Of a stretch of DNA of 64,000 bases, positions 28,277 to 36,864 are shown one piece after another. The notes under the pieces are model-generated. The model had not been told where the DNA came from and searched no databases. It was given only the letters and a program-made list of their open reading frames with translations. The translations under genes were made by a program, and so were the position numbers. Each line of letters starts with the position of its first letter. Position 1 is the stretch's first letter. Origin of the DNA: a bacterium (lineage in GTDB: Bacteria > Patescibacteriota > CPR2 > UBA1875 > JAJYID01); NCBI GenBank assembly GCA_021787535.1, contig JAJYLR010000001.1, positions 383,687 through 447,686 of the forward strand. Direction: 5' to 3'.

Positions 28277-29191
28277 ATGAGCTGTACAAAAAAAGAAATA
28301 GAAGGGATGCTTATATCTGCTTTCAAAAATTATGGCAGTGAAGAAGCCTTTGAACGGCTGGTAGAGAGCTATACCCCGCTAGTTTATGCTCTGGCCAGAA
28401 AATTTCAAGGAAGAGGTATTGCTTATGATGAGCTGGTACAGGTGGGTAATGTCGGATTAGTGAAAGCGATTCAGCGATTTGACCAAAATCGGGGCGTCTT
28501 ACTATCAACATTCATTACTCCCAATGTCATCGGTGAGATCAAGCGCTATTTCCGGGATCATGGCAAAACGATTCGAGTAAACAGGGGACTTAGAGAGCTG
28601 CAAGTAAAATTATTAGAAGCTCAAGCGGAGTTTACTGCGCGAATGCATCGTGATCCGACCATTCAGGAACTTGTTGAGCTGATCGAAATGCCTTTTGAAG
28701 AAGTCGCCGTTGCTCTAGCAGCGCAAACCGATACGCAAACTGTTTCACTCGATCAATCTTATTCAGATGATGAGGAAATTTCGTTTTCTAATACTGTTGG
28801 CCGTGAAGATCCCGTCTTTAGCCAGATAGAATGCAGAATGATGCTTGAATCTATGATGGCCAAACTTGATGAGAGAATGCGTAATATTCTATATCAACGT
28901 TTTTTCCTCGACATGTCACAAACGGAGATTGCTGAGATAATCGGAGTCTCTCAGATGCATGTGTCTCGCCTGATTAGAAGAGCTTTGTGGCTGATGTCTG
29001 AAGACGCGACTCTCAAGGTCCTTGATGTTTTGGATGAAAAGGGAGCAATGTCGCGAGACGCTATTATGAATGCCACCGGGCTCAACGGCGGCTTTGACGC
29101 TGCTATAATTAAACTCCTTAAGAAAGGGAAAATCGAAATTATCCGCAGAGGAAAATACCGCGGAATGGATGTCTTTGATTTAAAGAAATAA
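28277..29191 (+). CDS. SigB/SigF/SigG-family sigma factor with an extra ~60-aa C-terminal winged-helix-like domain
   Basis: ELVQVGNVGLVKAIQRFD, GEIKRYFRD, SQTEIAEIIGVSQMHVSRL; SD AAGGAGG. Confidence 0.88.
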   Translation: MSCTKKEIEGMLISAFKNYGSEEAFERLVESYTPLVYALARKFQGRGIAYDELVQVGNVGLVKAIQRFDQNRGVLLSTFITPNVIGEIKRYFRDHGKTIRVNRGLRELQVKLLEAQAEFTARMHRDPTIQELVELIEMPFEEVAVALAAQTDTQTVSLDQSYSDDEEISFSNTVGREDPVFSQIECRMMLESMMAKLDERMRNILYQRFFLDMSQTEIAEIIGVSQMHVSRLIRRALWLMSEDATLKVLDVLDEKGAMSRDAIMNATGLNGGFDAAIIKLLKKGKIEIIRRGKYRGMDVFDLKK

Positions 29192-29225
29192 AGAGGCCAG
29201 CATCAGGCATGGCCTCTTTTTCTTT
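29190..29225 (+). terminator. Intrinsic terminator
   Basis: AAAGAGGCCA...TGGCCTCTTT then TTCTTT. Confidence 0.7.
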
Positions 29226-29310
29226 GAGTGAAAATCCTTGTGCCATAACAATAAATATGGTATCCTGAATATTAATGTTGCAACTTTGAAAATTCACTCG
29301 AAAGGAGGGA

Positions 29311-30051
29311 ATGGGTATGTTTTGTCCGCCAAACTGCGAGACTGCAGAAGCAATCGCGGTTGTTAAGTTCATTATCGAACTGATAGTCCAGCGAAAATCA
29401 CAAGAAATTTCTTGCGAAGCGGCGGAGCAAGAAATAGTTGCACGAGCTTCAGAAAAGGAAATTAAGGCGATGCTCGAGGATATGAAACTACCTCATTCCT
29501 TTTTTTATCGAGCATGGCAGTCTGGGACCAATATCTTAAATGAAAACAGATATCTCAAAGCTGATATTCAAAAAGATAAAACGCGAGTATTGAAAATCAA
29601 CTATGATATATTCAAACGTCTGTCCTTAGGAGTAGAGTTTACTTATCCTCTCCAAAGGGCCTTAAAAGGAAAACTTCCAAAAGGCCGCGAAGAACTTAAG
29701 AAATATTTTCACTATAAAGATGTGGCAAATATTCCAAAACAAAAGCTGCCATTGCCGCTTGCAATGGTACTTCGTCCAAAACAGCCGCCCCGGCAAAAAA
29801 CTCGTATTTCCAAAAAACCCAATTATGAACAACGAGTTAGCGAATTCATTGAGAGCTTTGGAATACGCGGATGTTATCGGAGTAACATCTCCGGGAAATT
29901 CAGAAAACTCAACCAGGAAGGTGATCTGAGAATAATACTTATTACTCTTCAAAAAGAAGAGAAGATAACACTCAAAAGAAGGGGCCCAGAACCAAAATCC
30001 GATGTCTTTGTTGCAACAAAGCACATTCATCAAATAGCAAGGAGGCAGTGA
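29311..30051 (+). CDS. Hypothetical basic protein, putative C-terminal winged helix
   Basis: 246-aa ORF, SD AAGGAGG, own terminator. Confidence 0.75.
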   Translation: MGMFCPPNCETAEAIAVVKFIIELIVQRKSQEISCEAAEQEIVARASEKEIKAMLEDMKLPHSFFYRAWQSGTNILNENRYLKADIQKDKTRVLKINYDIFKRLSLGVEFTYPLQRALKGKLPKGREELKKYFHYKDVANIPKQKLPLPLAMVLRPKQPPRQKTRISKKPNYEQRVSEFIESFGIRGCYRSNISGKFRKLNQEGDLRIILITLQKEEKITLKRRGPEPKSDVFVATKHIHQIARRQ

Positions 30052-30077
30052 ATTTGTAAAACTGCCTCCTTTATTTT
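30039..30077 (+). terminator. Intrinsic terminator
   Basis: AAGGAGGCAGT...ACTGCCTCCTT then TATTTT. Confidence 0.75.
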
Positions 30078-30212
30078 CACAAAATAAACATTTGCTTTTT
30101 TTGTGAAAATATGATATATTTGCTGATATTTGGAGGGAGCAGCTTGAAAAATCCCTTCATTTTTCATTAGGACTCAAGATTTTACTCAATTACTTTAGTG
30201 AAAGGGGTAGAA

Positions 30213-31520
30213 ATGGCATTTATGATTAGGGATGATCTTGCAGGAGATGCCCTCATCCATCATGGGAAAAGACTTACTGAAGAAGAAATTAAGGGATATA
30301 TGACCGATGAGCAAACCGGCAAGCTAAGCAATGACGAAGCAGACGCTTCATTTGCTTTGGCAGTGAAGAGAAGAATAATCGAAAAAGCTGCAGTCAGGGA
30401 AACGGACAAAGAAGGAAACTCTGTCTTCGAATACGATTTTCCGGAAAATATTACAGATGAGGAACGGGAGAAAACGGTACAGGCAGAGCAAAAAGTGGCG
30501 GAAAAATCTAAAGAATCAAGCACAACCCCCCCCGAAACACAAATTGCATCAGGAGGTGCGCAGGTGGCTGCTCAGGAAGACAAATCAAAGGGCCCGGTGA
30601 TGCTCCTTCTGACAATTCAGAAGCTTTCACCGGACAACACACTGCTCGAAAGAGATATGATTGTCGATGCTCTGGTCGAGAATAGGCAGACGATGGGCTG
30701 GTCAAAGAAAGAAGCCCGTACTAAAGCCGGTGTACTGGTCAATAATAATGTCACTAATAAAAAGCTGACCAAAACGGCAACCGGAATGATCAAGATCACG
30801 GTAAAGGGACTTGATTATCTTAAAGAAAAACTGGCCGAAAATCCCGAATATGCCAACTTGGCAAGCGCATCGGTCAAGAGAACAGCGGAAAAAAAGAAAA
30901 GGTCCAAGCCCAGCACAGGCAAGAGTGTCAACATTGAAGCTAAGGCCGAGGAATTTCCTCAGGTAGTCAAGAACCTCATGCCTGAATATGACGATGGGGA
31001 AGTACCTTCGGGAGCTATCAAGGAAGCCCTGGGACTCGCAGATGCCGCTCCCTATGTCTGGAATAGTGTAAGAGACGCTGCCTTCAAGAAAAATAAAGGG
31101 CTGAGCCAACACGATAAGGGTCCGCGAACAAGATATTCTATCTCAGAGGCCAAGAATGTACCCAAACAAAACAGTCAGGGCTCTGAAGAAGGAGAAGGGT
31201 CGAGACAGTACGTCCCAAATAAAAAAGCAGAAAAACCTCATTTCCCCGGTGCAAGAGTCGTTGGTGCCGGAGAGGTACTAATCAGCGGCGTAAATATCGA
31301 TGTCCTTCTTGATGAGGATTTCAAACCCCTGGTCGTCGCTCGACAAGGTATTATCTCCGCTGATTCGCTGGATGAATGTACGATCGCATTCAGAATTACC
31401 AGTCGGGAAAATCCGGATGAAAGCGCCGAAGTTGATCTTATCTTTGGCGGAGAAGATTCCATCCCCGGCAATTACCACACACCGGAAGGTGTCGTACTTA
31501 AGGAACGTCCTGTGGAATAA
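30213..31520 (+). CDS. Hypothetical multidomain protein with two putative winged-helix modules
   Basis: Long ORF (track start 30198 GTG; ATG 30213 has AAGGGG SD), low-complexity linkers, own terminator. Confidence 0.8.
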   Translation: MAFMIRDDLAGDALIHHGKRLTEEEIKGYMTDEQTGKLSNDEADASFALAVKRRIIEKAAVRETDKEGNSVFEYDFPENITDEEREKTVQAEQKVAEKSKESSTTPPETQIASGGAQVAAQEDKSKGPVMLLLTIQKLSPDNTLLERDMIVDALVENRQTMGWSKKEARTKAGVLVNNNVTNKKLTKTATGMIKITVKGLDYLKEKLAENPEYANLASASVKRTAEKKKRSKPSTGKSVNIEAKAEEFPQVVKNLMPEYDDGEVPSGAIKEALGLADAAPYVWNSVRDAAFKKNKGLSQHDKGPRTRYSISEAKNVPKQNSQGSEEGEGSRQYVPNKKAEKPHFPGARVVGAGEVLISGVNIDVLLDEDFKPLVVARQGIISADSLDECTIAFRITSRENPDESAEVDLIFGGEDSIPGNYHTPEGVVLKERPVE

Positions 31521-31567
31521 TCTCACTGCACAGTGAGACAAGCCCCCGCAATAACGGGGGCTTTTTC
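31521..31567 (+). terminator. Tandem hairpins ending in an intrinsic terminator
   Basis: TCTCACTG-CA-CAGTGAGA then AAGCCCCCG...CGGGGGCTTTTT. Confidence 0.8.
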
Positions 31568-31623
31568 TATTGTTTACACTTATGATTTTTGATATTATGA
31601 TTGCAGTAATGAAGGAGTTTCAA

Positions 31624-32265
31624 ATGGACACAGTAAAAAAAGATTATTTAGCATCAATTATCATTGGAGCTGTAGCAGCTGTTTTATCAGTGATCATGGT
31701 TAACAACCTCGGCTTTCAAAGCTTAAAGGTCTATATGTTGGCAGCTCTAATCTTACTAATCATGCCTCCTGCCGGCATCTTAGTAGCCCGTTTAATCGGC
31801 AGGAAATCTCACAGTTTATATCAGTTTATAAAATTCGCAGAAACCGGCGGACTCAATACTTTTGTAGATCTCGGGATTTTAAATCTGCTCATCTTAATGA
31901 CCGGTCTTTCGGGTGGCATTTTTTATTCGATTTTTAAAGGAACTTCCTTTACTGTCGCCGTCATCAACTCTTATTTTTGGAATAAACATTGGGTTTTTGA
32001 ATCTCATATTAAAGGAGGGGTTAGGCAAGAAAAAGAGTTTGCCAAGTTTGTCACTGTAAGCGTCGGCGGATTTTTGGTCAATGTGCTGGTAGCCAGCGCC
32101 ATAGTTTTCTTTGGCAAAAGCGCCATTAATTTAACTCCAAAACTTATGGCTAATCTCGGAGCGGCAATTGCCTTTATTGTGACTATGATGTGGAATTTCT
32201 TCGGTTATAAACTAATAGTTTTCGTGCGGCCCAAAAGCGCGGCTGCCGGTGCCGCCGCCGAGTAG
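31624..32265 (+). CDS. GtrA family flippase-like membrane protein
   Basis: QFIKFA-x-x-GGLNTFVD, NSYFWNKHWVF, WNFFGYKLIVF; start ambiguous (31570/31609/31624). Confidence 0.85.
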   Translation: MDTVKKDYLASIIIGAVAAVLSVIMVNNLGFQSLKVYMLAALILLIMPPAGILVARLIGRKSHSLYQFIKFAETGGLNTFVDLGILNLLILMTGLSGGIFYSIFKGTSFTVAVINSYFWNKHWVFESHIKGGVRQEKEFAKFVTVSVGGFLVNVLVASAIVFFGKSAINLTPKLMANLGAAIAFIVTMMWNFFGYKLIVFVRPKSAAAGAAAE

Positions 32266-32277
32266 AGTAAAATCTTC

Positions 32278-33828
32278 ATGAAAATGAAAATACCCTCTAA
32301 GCTCAAGGGAATAAATAAAAAGAAAGGGAGCGAAAAGGTTGCTCTTCAGCCGAAGGTCTCCGGTCGGAATACTCAAAATATTACAGTTTTTGCGCGGGAT
32401 TTTGCTTTAAAAACTAAAGGTTTGATTTTAAAACCTTCTTATTTATGGGCGATTTTAGTTTTTGCCTTTTTAACGCGGCTCTACAATATAGGTAATTTAG
32501 GAATAAACGAAAACGAACTCAAAAATGTCGATCGCATTTTTGCCATGTCAAATATCGGCAATTTCCTTAACCAAAATGTTTCCACAAATCTCTACTACTT
32601 GCTGCAAAACATTTGGGGTAGATTTTTTGGATTCTCGATTACTAATATGCGGATTTTCTCAGTACTGCTGTCAGTCTTGGGATTATACTTGTTTTTTAAA
32701 TTTACCGAAGAGTGGTTTAATAGGCGTTTAGCATATATAGCCACTTTTCTCCTCTCGATTTCCAGCTATCACATCCTTCTTTCCAGGAATATTTCCCATG
32801 AAGTGCTTTATTTTGCGCTTGTAATTTTTGCTTTTCACACACTCACACTTGCTTATAGGCGAAAAAGCAGGTTTTATTTTGCATTATCCGGATTTTTATT
32901 TGGACTGGCATTCTATGCCAGCGAAATAACTTTTGCTCTAGCTCTTCTTTTTGCCATCGCTTTGATTTATTTTTATAAAAAAAACAGCCGGTTCTTTACA
33001 TCATTCGTGAAAGAAAAAATCATTGCTGTTTCGGCTGGTTTTTTGACGATTTTGCCATTCTTGTATGCAGCCGGTAAAAACCCAAATATTTTCCTATCTC
33101 ATTTCACACTGGGAATTAACATGGTTTTAAACAATATCAATCTTTTCTTCTCATCGCTTATTTTAAGCGCGCCGAGAGGATACGAATATACGGTTTCAAC
33201 CGATAAAGTTTTCGATCCTTTCGTACTGCTGACATTTCTTTTAGGTTCTGTGTATGCGTGCATAAAAATCAAAAGGCGCAAATTTTATTTTCTCGTATCC
33301 TGGTTTTTTCTTTTAACTCTTATTATGATATGCGAGAAGGAATTTTCATTAGGCGGTTTTATTTATATCTTACCGGTCATTTTTATCTTGTCGGCTAGAA
33401 TTCAGACCTACGTACTTGATAAATGGTTTAAAACATTCCCATTCAACAGATTTGCGCGCATTACGGCTATAGCGGGGATTGGCTTTATGTTTGCCTTATC
33501 GCTTACCTATAATTACCGCAAAGTTTTTGCGGCCTGGCAGAAATATCCCGAAAGAAACTTTGTTTATAACTCAGCCATATCTCAAACAGATTTTGGTAAG
33601 AATACAGTTTTTCTTTACAAAACAGGTCTAGATAGGCCGGCTTTGGAATCAATTTTGAAAAATGGGGGAGAAAATAACCTCAAAGATATTAGTGACGTAT
33701 CATCTCTAAAAGGCAAATTTAATTTACTGACTTCCCCTCAGGCAGTTTCTAATGTAAGATTGAAACTGAAAGATAAAAAATTTCAAATAACAAGCGGACA
33801 TGACATTGTCCTTATGAAGGGAGAGTAA
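32278..33828 (+). CDS. GT-C (ArnT/PMT_2-like) membrane glycosyltransferase, possibly inactive
   Basis: TRLYNIG, multi-TM, paralogous layout to 35104-36822 but NE instead of DE motif. Confidence 0.75.
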   Translation: MKMKIPSKLKGINKKKGSEKVALQPKVSGRNTQNITVFARDFALKTKGLILKPSYLWAILVFAFLTRLYNIGNLGINENELKNVDRIFAMSNIGNFLNQNVSTNLYYLLQNIWGRFFGFSITNMRIFSVLLSVLGLYLFFKFTEEWFNRRLAYIATFLLSISSYHILLSRNISHEVLYFALVIFAFHTLTLAYRRKSRFYFALSGFLFGLAFYASEITFALALLFAIALIYFYKKNSRFFTSFVKEKIIAVSAGFLTILPFLYAAGKNPNIFLSHFTLGINMVLNNINLFFSSLILSAPRGYEYTVSTDKVFDPFVLLTFLLGSVYACIKIKRRKFYFLVSWFFLLTLIMICEKEFSLGGFIYILPVIFILSARIQTYVLDKWFKTFPFNRFARITAIAGIGFMFALSLTYNYRKVFAAWQKYPERNFVYNSAISQTDFGKNTVFLYKTGLDRPALESILKNGGENNLKDISDVSSLKGKFNLLTSPQAVSNVRLKLKDKKFQITSGHDIVLMKGE

Positions 33829-33831
33829 AAG

Positions 33832-34680
33832 ATGTCGGATAATATTTATTTATCAGTTATAATTCCTTGCAAAAACCAAGCGGACAGAGTAAAGAAAACT
33901 TTAAATGATATTCTGGAACATTCTCGGCAGCTTCGATTTGATACTGAGGTGGTTTTTGTTGACGGAGACTCTACTGATGGCAGCGCGGAAGTGGCTGAGA
34001 GTTTTAAAGGTGAAATGAAACATCTCCAAATTCTACATGAACAAGATTTGGAGATTGGCCCGCATTTTACAGGCAAAGGCGCCGCAGTGAAATGCGGCAT
34101 GGCGCATGCGAAGGGAAAGATTAAGATGTTTATGGATGCTGACTCCTCCACACCCTTTAAAGAGATAGATAAAATACTGCCATATTTTGATAAAGGTTAT
34201 GATGTGGTGATGGGCTCCAGATATACAGCCAAACCATTGCCGGCAACAAATAGCACCTTTCAAGCTTTTGTACATGCAGTGAAGGAGGTTTTTGAAGTTT
34301 TGATTTACGGCCATTCTAAAAGCAATACAACAATCAAAAAACAGGGGCGCCTCAGACAGCTTATTTCCCGCGGGGGAAATCTTGCATTTGTGGTCTTACT
34401 CGGCCAGAGTTTTGCCGACACCAGATGCGGATTTAAGGCCTATACCAAAGAAGCGGCAAAGAAGTTGTTCGATATGCAGACTTTGCCGGGCTTTGGCTTT
34501 GACACAGAAATTCTGGTGATTGCAAAAAAATATAATCTTAAAATTATTGAAGTACCGGTTCACTGGTATGATGATGCTGAAGACACTAATATTACTATAG
34601 GAAATTCGCTCAAAACCTTCCTGGAGATATTTAAAATAAGATGGAATAGTTTAAGTGGCAAATACTCACCCTCAAAATAA
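33832..34680 (+). CDS. GT2 polyprenyl-phosphate sugar synthase (Dol-P-Glc/Man synthase-like)
   Basis: LSVIIP, VDGDSTDG, GKGAAV, FMDAD, DTRCGFK, FDTEIL. Confidence 0.9.
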   Translation: MSDNIYLSVIIPCKNQADRVKKTLNDILEHSRQLRFDTEVVFVDGDSTDGSAEVAESFKGEMKHLQILHEQDLEIGPHFTGKGAAVKCGMAHAKGKIKMFMDADSSTPFKEIDKILPYFDKGYDVVMGSRYTAKPLPATNSTFQAFVHAVKEVFEVLIYGHSKSNTTIKKQGRLRQLISRGGNLAFVVLLGQSFADTRCGFKAYTKEAAKKLFDMQTLPGFGFDTEILVIAKKYNLKIIEVPVHWYDDAEDTNITIGNSLKTFLEIFKIRWNSLSGKYSPSK

Positions 34681-35107
34681 AGGTCAAAATCTTGTTAAGC
34701 TGTTTTTAGCATTTTTAGTTTTGATTTTGGTTTTTGTTTTTTTCAACGACTCAGCGTATAATCTAATCAAGCAAAAGCTTATTAAAAACGGCGATAAGTA
34801 CGCGGAAATATACGCTTACGCTAAGTCAAAGCCAGACAGTGAAAATAAATATTTTATACTACAGGGCAATGATTTATCAAAAATCTTTTTAAAGAATGAG
34901 GTTAAAACAATAGATGAAAATCACTTAAGCAATATAAACTGTTCTCAAGGTGAAACGCTTTTGATTTACGAAAAACCCAGCCAAAAAATTGATGCTTTCG
35001 TGAAAAAAGAGAACGGAAATGAGGTGATCCTCAACCAGGGTACAAAAATAGAGTTTTTCGCGGCAAATATCAAAGGGTCGCCGGGTTCATGTAAAGTAGG
35101 AGGGTGA
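34655..35107 (+). CDS. Hypothetical membrane-anchored protein
   Basis: Single N-terminal TM; overlaps both neighbours in the glycosylation operon. Confidence 0.65.
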   Translation: MANTHPQNKGQNLVKLFLAFLVLILVFVFFNDSAYNLIKQKLIKNGDKYAEIYAYAKSKPDSENKYFILQGNDLSKIFLKNEVKTIDENHLSNINCSQGETLLIYEKPSQKIDAFVKKENGNEVILNQGTKIEFFAANIKGSPGSCKVGG

Positions 35108-36822
35108 TAACAATGAAAGTTTTAAAATTAAAGGTTCATAAAAAATCTGTTTCCACTATAAAAAAGAAGCAAGAGTTTAAACTAGAAAAATCTGGGCTTA
35201 GAGGTTTACCCAAACAAGAAGCCATGGCATCTGCGTCCGTTTCTGATTTCAAGTTAAAACTCCAAAAAATTACAGAAATCGTCTCGAAAAACAAATTTAT
35301 TCATGAAAACTGGCTGCTGATCTTAATTCTTTTAGCGGCAACATTTTTTAGATTTTATAAACTGGATGTTTTGCCACCCGGTCTTCACCCAGATGAAGCC
35401 GCAAACGGCCTTGATATTATAAGCATGTTTGACGCGCATAAATTCGCAGCTATCTATGATACAAACGGTCCCAGAGAAGCTCTTTTTTTCTATCTGCAGG
35501 CAATACCGGTCTGGATCGGCCATGTCTTTAATATTGCCGCCATCAACTTCACGCCTCTATCCTTAAGAATTGCGCCGGCAATCATCGGAGTTTTCACAGT
35601 TTGGGGACTTTATCTTCTCGGCAAAGAGTTATTTAACAAAAACGTTGGAATTTTTGCTGCTGCCGCTCTGGCTGTAAGCGCCTGGCATATTCAATTTTCA
35701 AGAAATGGCTTTCGAGCCATTATGGCGCCCTTAGCTTTGGTATTTCTTTTTTATTTTATTATTCGCGCCTTAAGAAATGGACGACTCCGGGATTATTTGG
35801 GCGCCGGCGTATCTTTAGCTCTTGGGTTTTATACTTACTTATCTTTCAGGGTTACTCCGCTGGTTTTATTTGCAATCTTAGTTTATATATTTTTTACCAA
35901 TCGCGGATTTTTCCGAAAAAATTTCAAAAAAATCGGTTATCTTATCACCGCTGCAATAGTTGTCATGGTACCGCTACTCATTCATTTTGCGCACGTCCCG
36001 GCAGATTTGGCAGCCCGCTCTTCAACCAGTATTTTCAATCCGGCTACCAACGGCGGCAGCGCAATCGGCGCATTTGTTTCTAATATTGTGAAAACTGCCG
36101 GTATGTTTAACTTTTCTGGCGATCAAAATTTCAGGCAGAATGTGGCCGGCGAGCCAATGCTTGATGTTTTTATCGGAATTTTGATGTGGGTTGGGGTCAT
36201 CATTAGCCTGATAAGATTCAAAAAACTCGAATATTTTCTGCTTTCGATCTGGTTTATTGTGCTTTCGATTCCAGAGCTTTTAACTTCGGATGGCATTCCT
36301 CACGCCCTTCGAATGGTTGGAGTTATTCCGGTTGTCTTCTTGTGGGCGGCTCTGGGCCTTGACTGGGTTTTAAACAGAGTCAGGCAGCTTAAACCTGCTC
36401 AAACTCTTTACATTGGCACGGCTCTGGTCCTGATTATCTCCGGATCAGCCGGTTTCTATAAATATTTTGTAAAGTTCCCAAGCTATGCCGAAGCAGGAGA
36501 TGCTTATGCAGAAGATATGGTGCAGATGGCCTATGATATCAATGCTCAGCCAAAGGGTGAGAAAATTATCTTAATCGCAGGCGAATACGGCTCAAAGACA
36601 ATTCAGTTTATCACCTACCCCGCAAAACCGGATATTGAAAGATTGGAAGTCAGCGACATAAAAGGTTTGAAACTGCCGGCAGATCATTATAAAATTTACA
36701 TTGAAAAGGATTGGAAGGACGATGTCCTAAAGGAGCTTAGAAAAATCGGGTTTAAAAGGGCGCTAACTGAAGTACCATCGCCCAGAGATCAAAGAATACT
36801 TTACTACGAATATAGTAAATAA
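35104..36822 (+). CDS. GT-C (ArnT-like) membrane glycosyltransferase
   Basis: RFYKL-x-x-LPPGLHPDEA, WHIQFSR-x-GFR, PHALR. Confidence 0.88.
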   Translation: MITMKVLKLKVHKKSVSTIKKKQEFKLEKSGLRGLPKQEAMASASVSDFKLKLQKITEIVSKNKFIHENWLLILILLAATFFRFYKLDVLPPGLHPDEAANGLDIISMFDAHKFAAIYDTNGPREALFFYLQAIPVWIGHVFNIAAINFTPLSLRIAPAIIGVFTVWGLYLLGKELFNKNVGIFAAAALAVSAWHIQFSRNGFRAIMAPLALVFLFYFIIRALRNGRLRDYLGAGVSLALGFYTYLSFRVTPLVLFAILVYIFFTNRGFFRKNFKKIGYLITAAIVVMVPLLIHFAHVPADLAARSSTSIFNPATNGGSAIGAFVSNIVKTAGMFNFSGDQNFRQNVAGEPMLDVFIGILMWVGVIISLIRFKKLEYFLLSIWFIVLSIPELLTSDGIPHALRMVGVIPVVFLWAALGLDWVLNRVRQLKPAQTLYIGTALVLIISGSAGFYKYFVKFPSYAEAGDAYAEDMVQMAYDINAQPKGEKIILIAGEYGSKTIQFITYPAKPDIERLEVSDIKGLKLPADHYKIYIEKDWKDDVLKELRKIGFKRALTEVPSPRDQRILYYEYSK

Positions 36823-36864
36823 CCGTGGCTCTGAGCGCTCAACCCCCAAATATTAAAAACTAAA

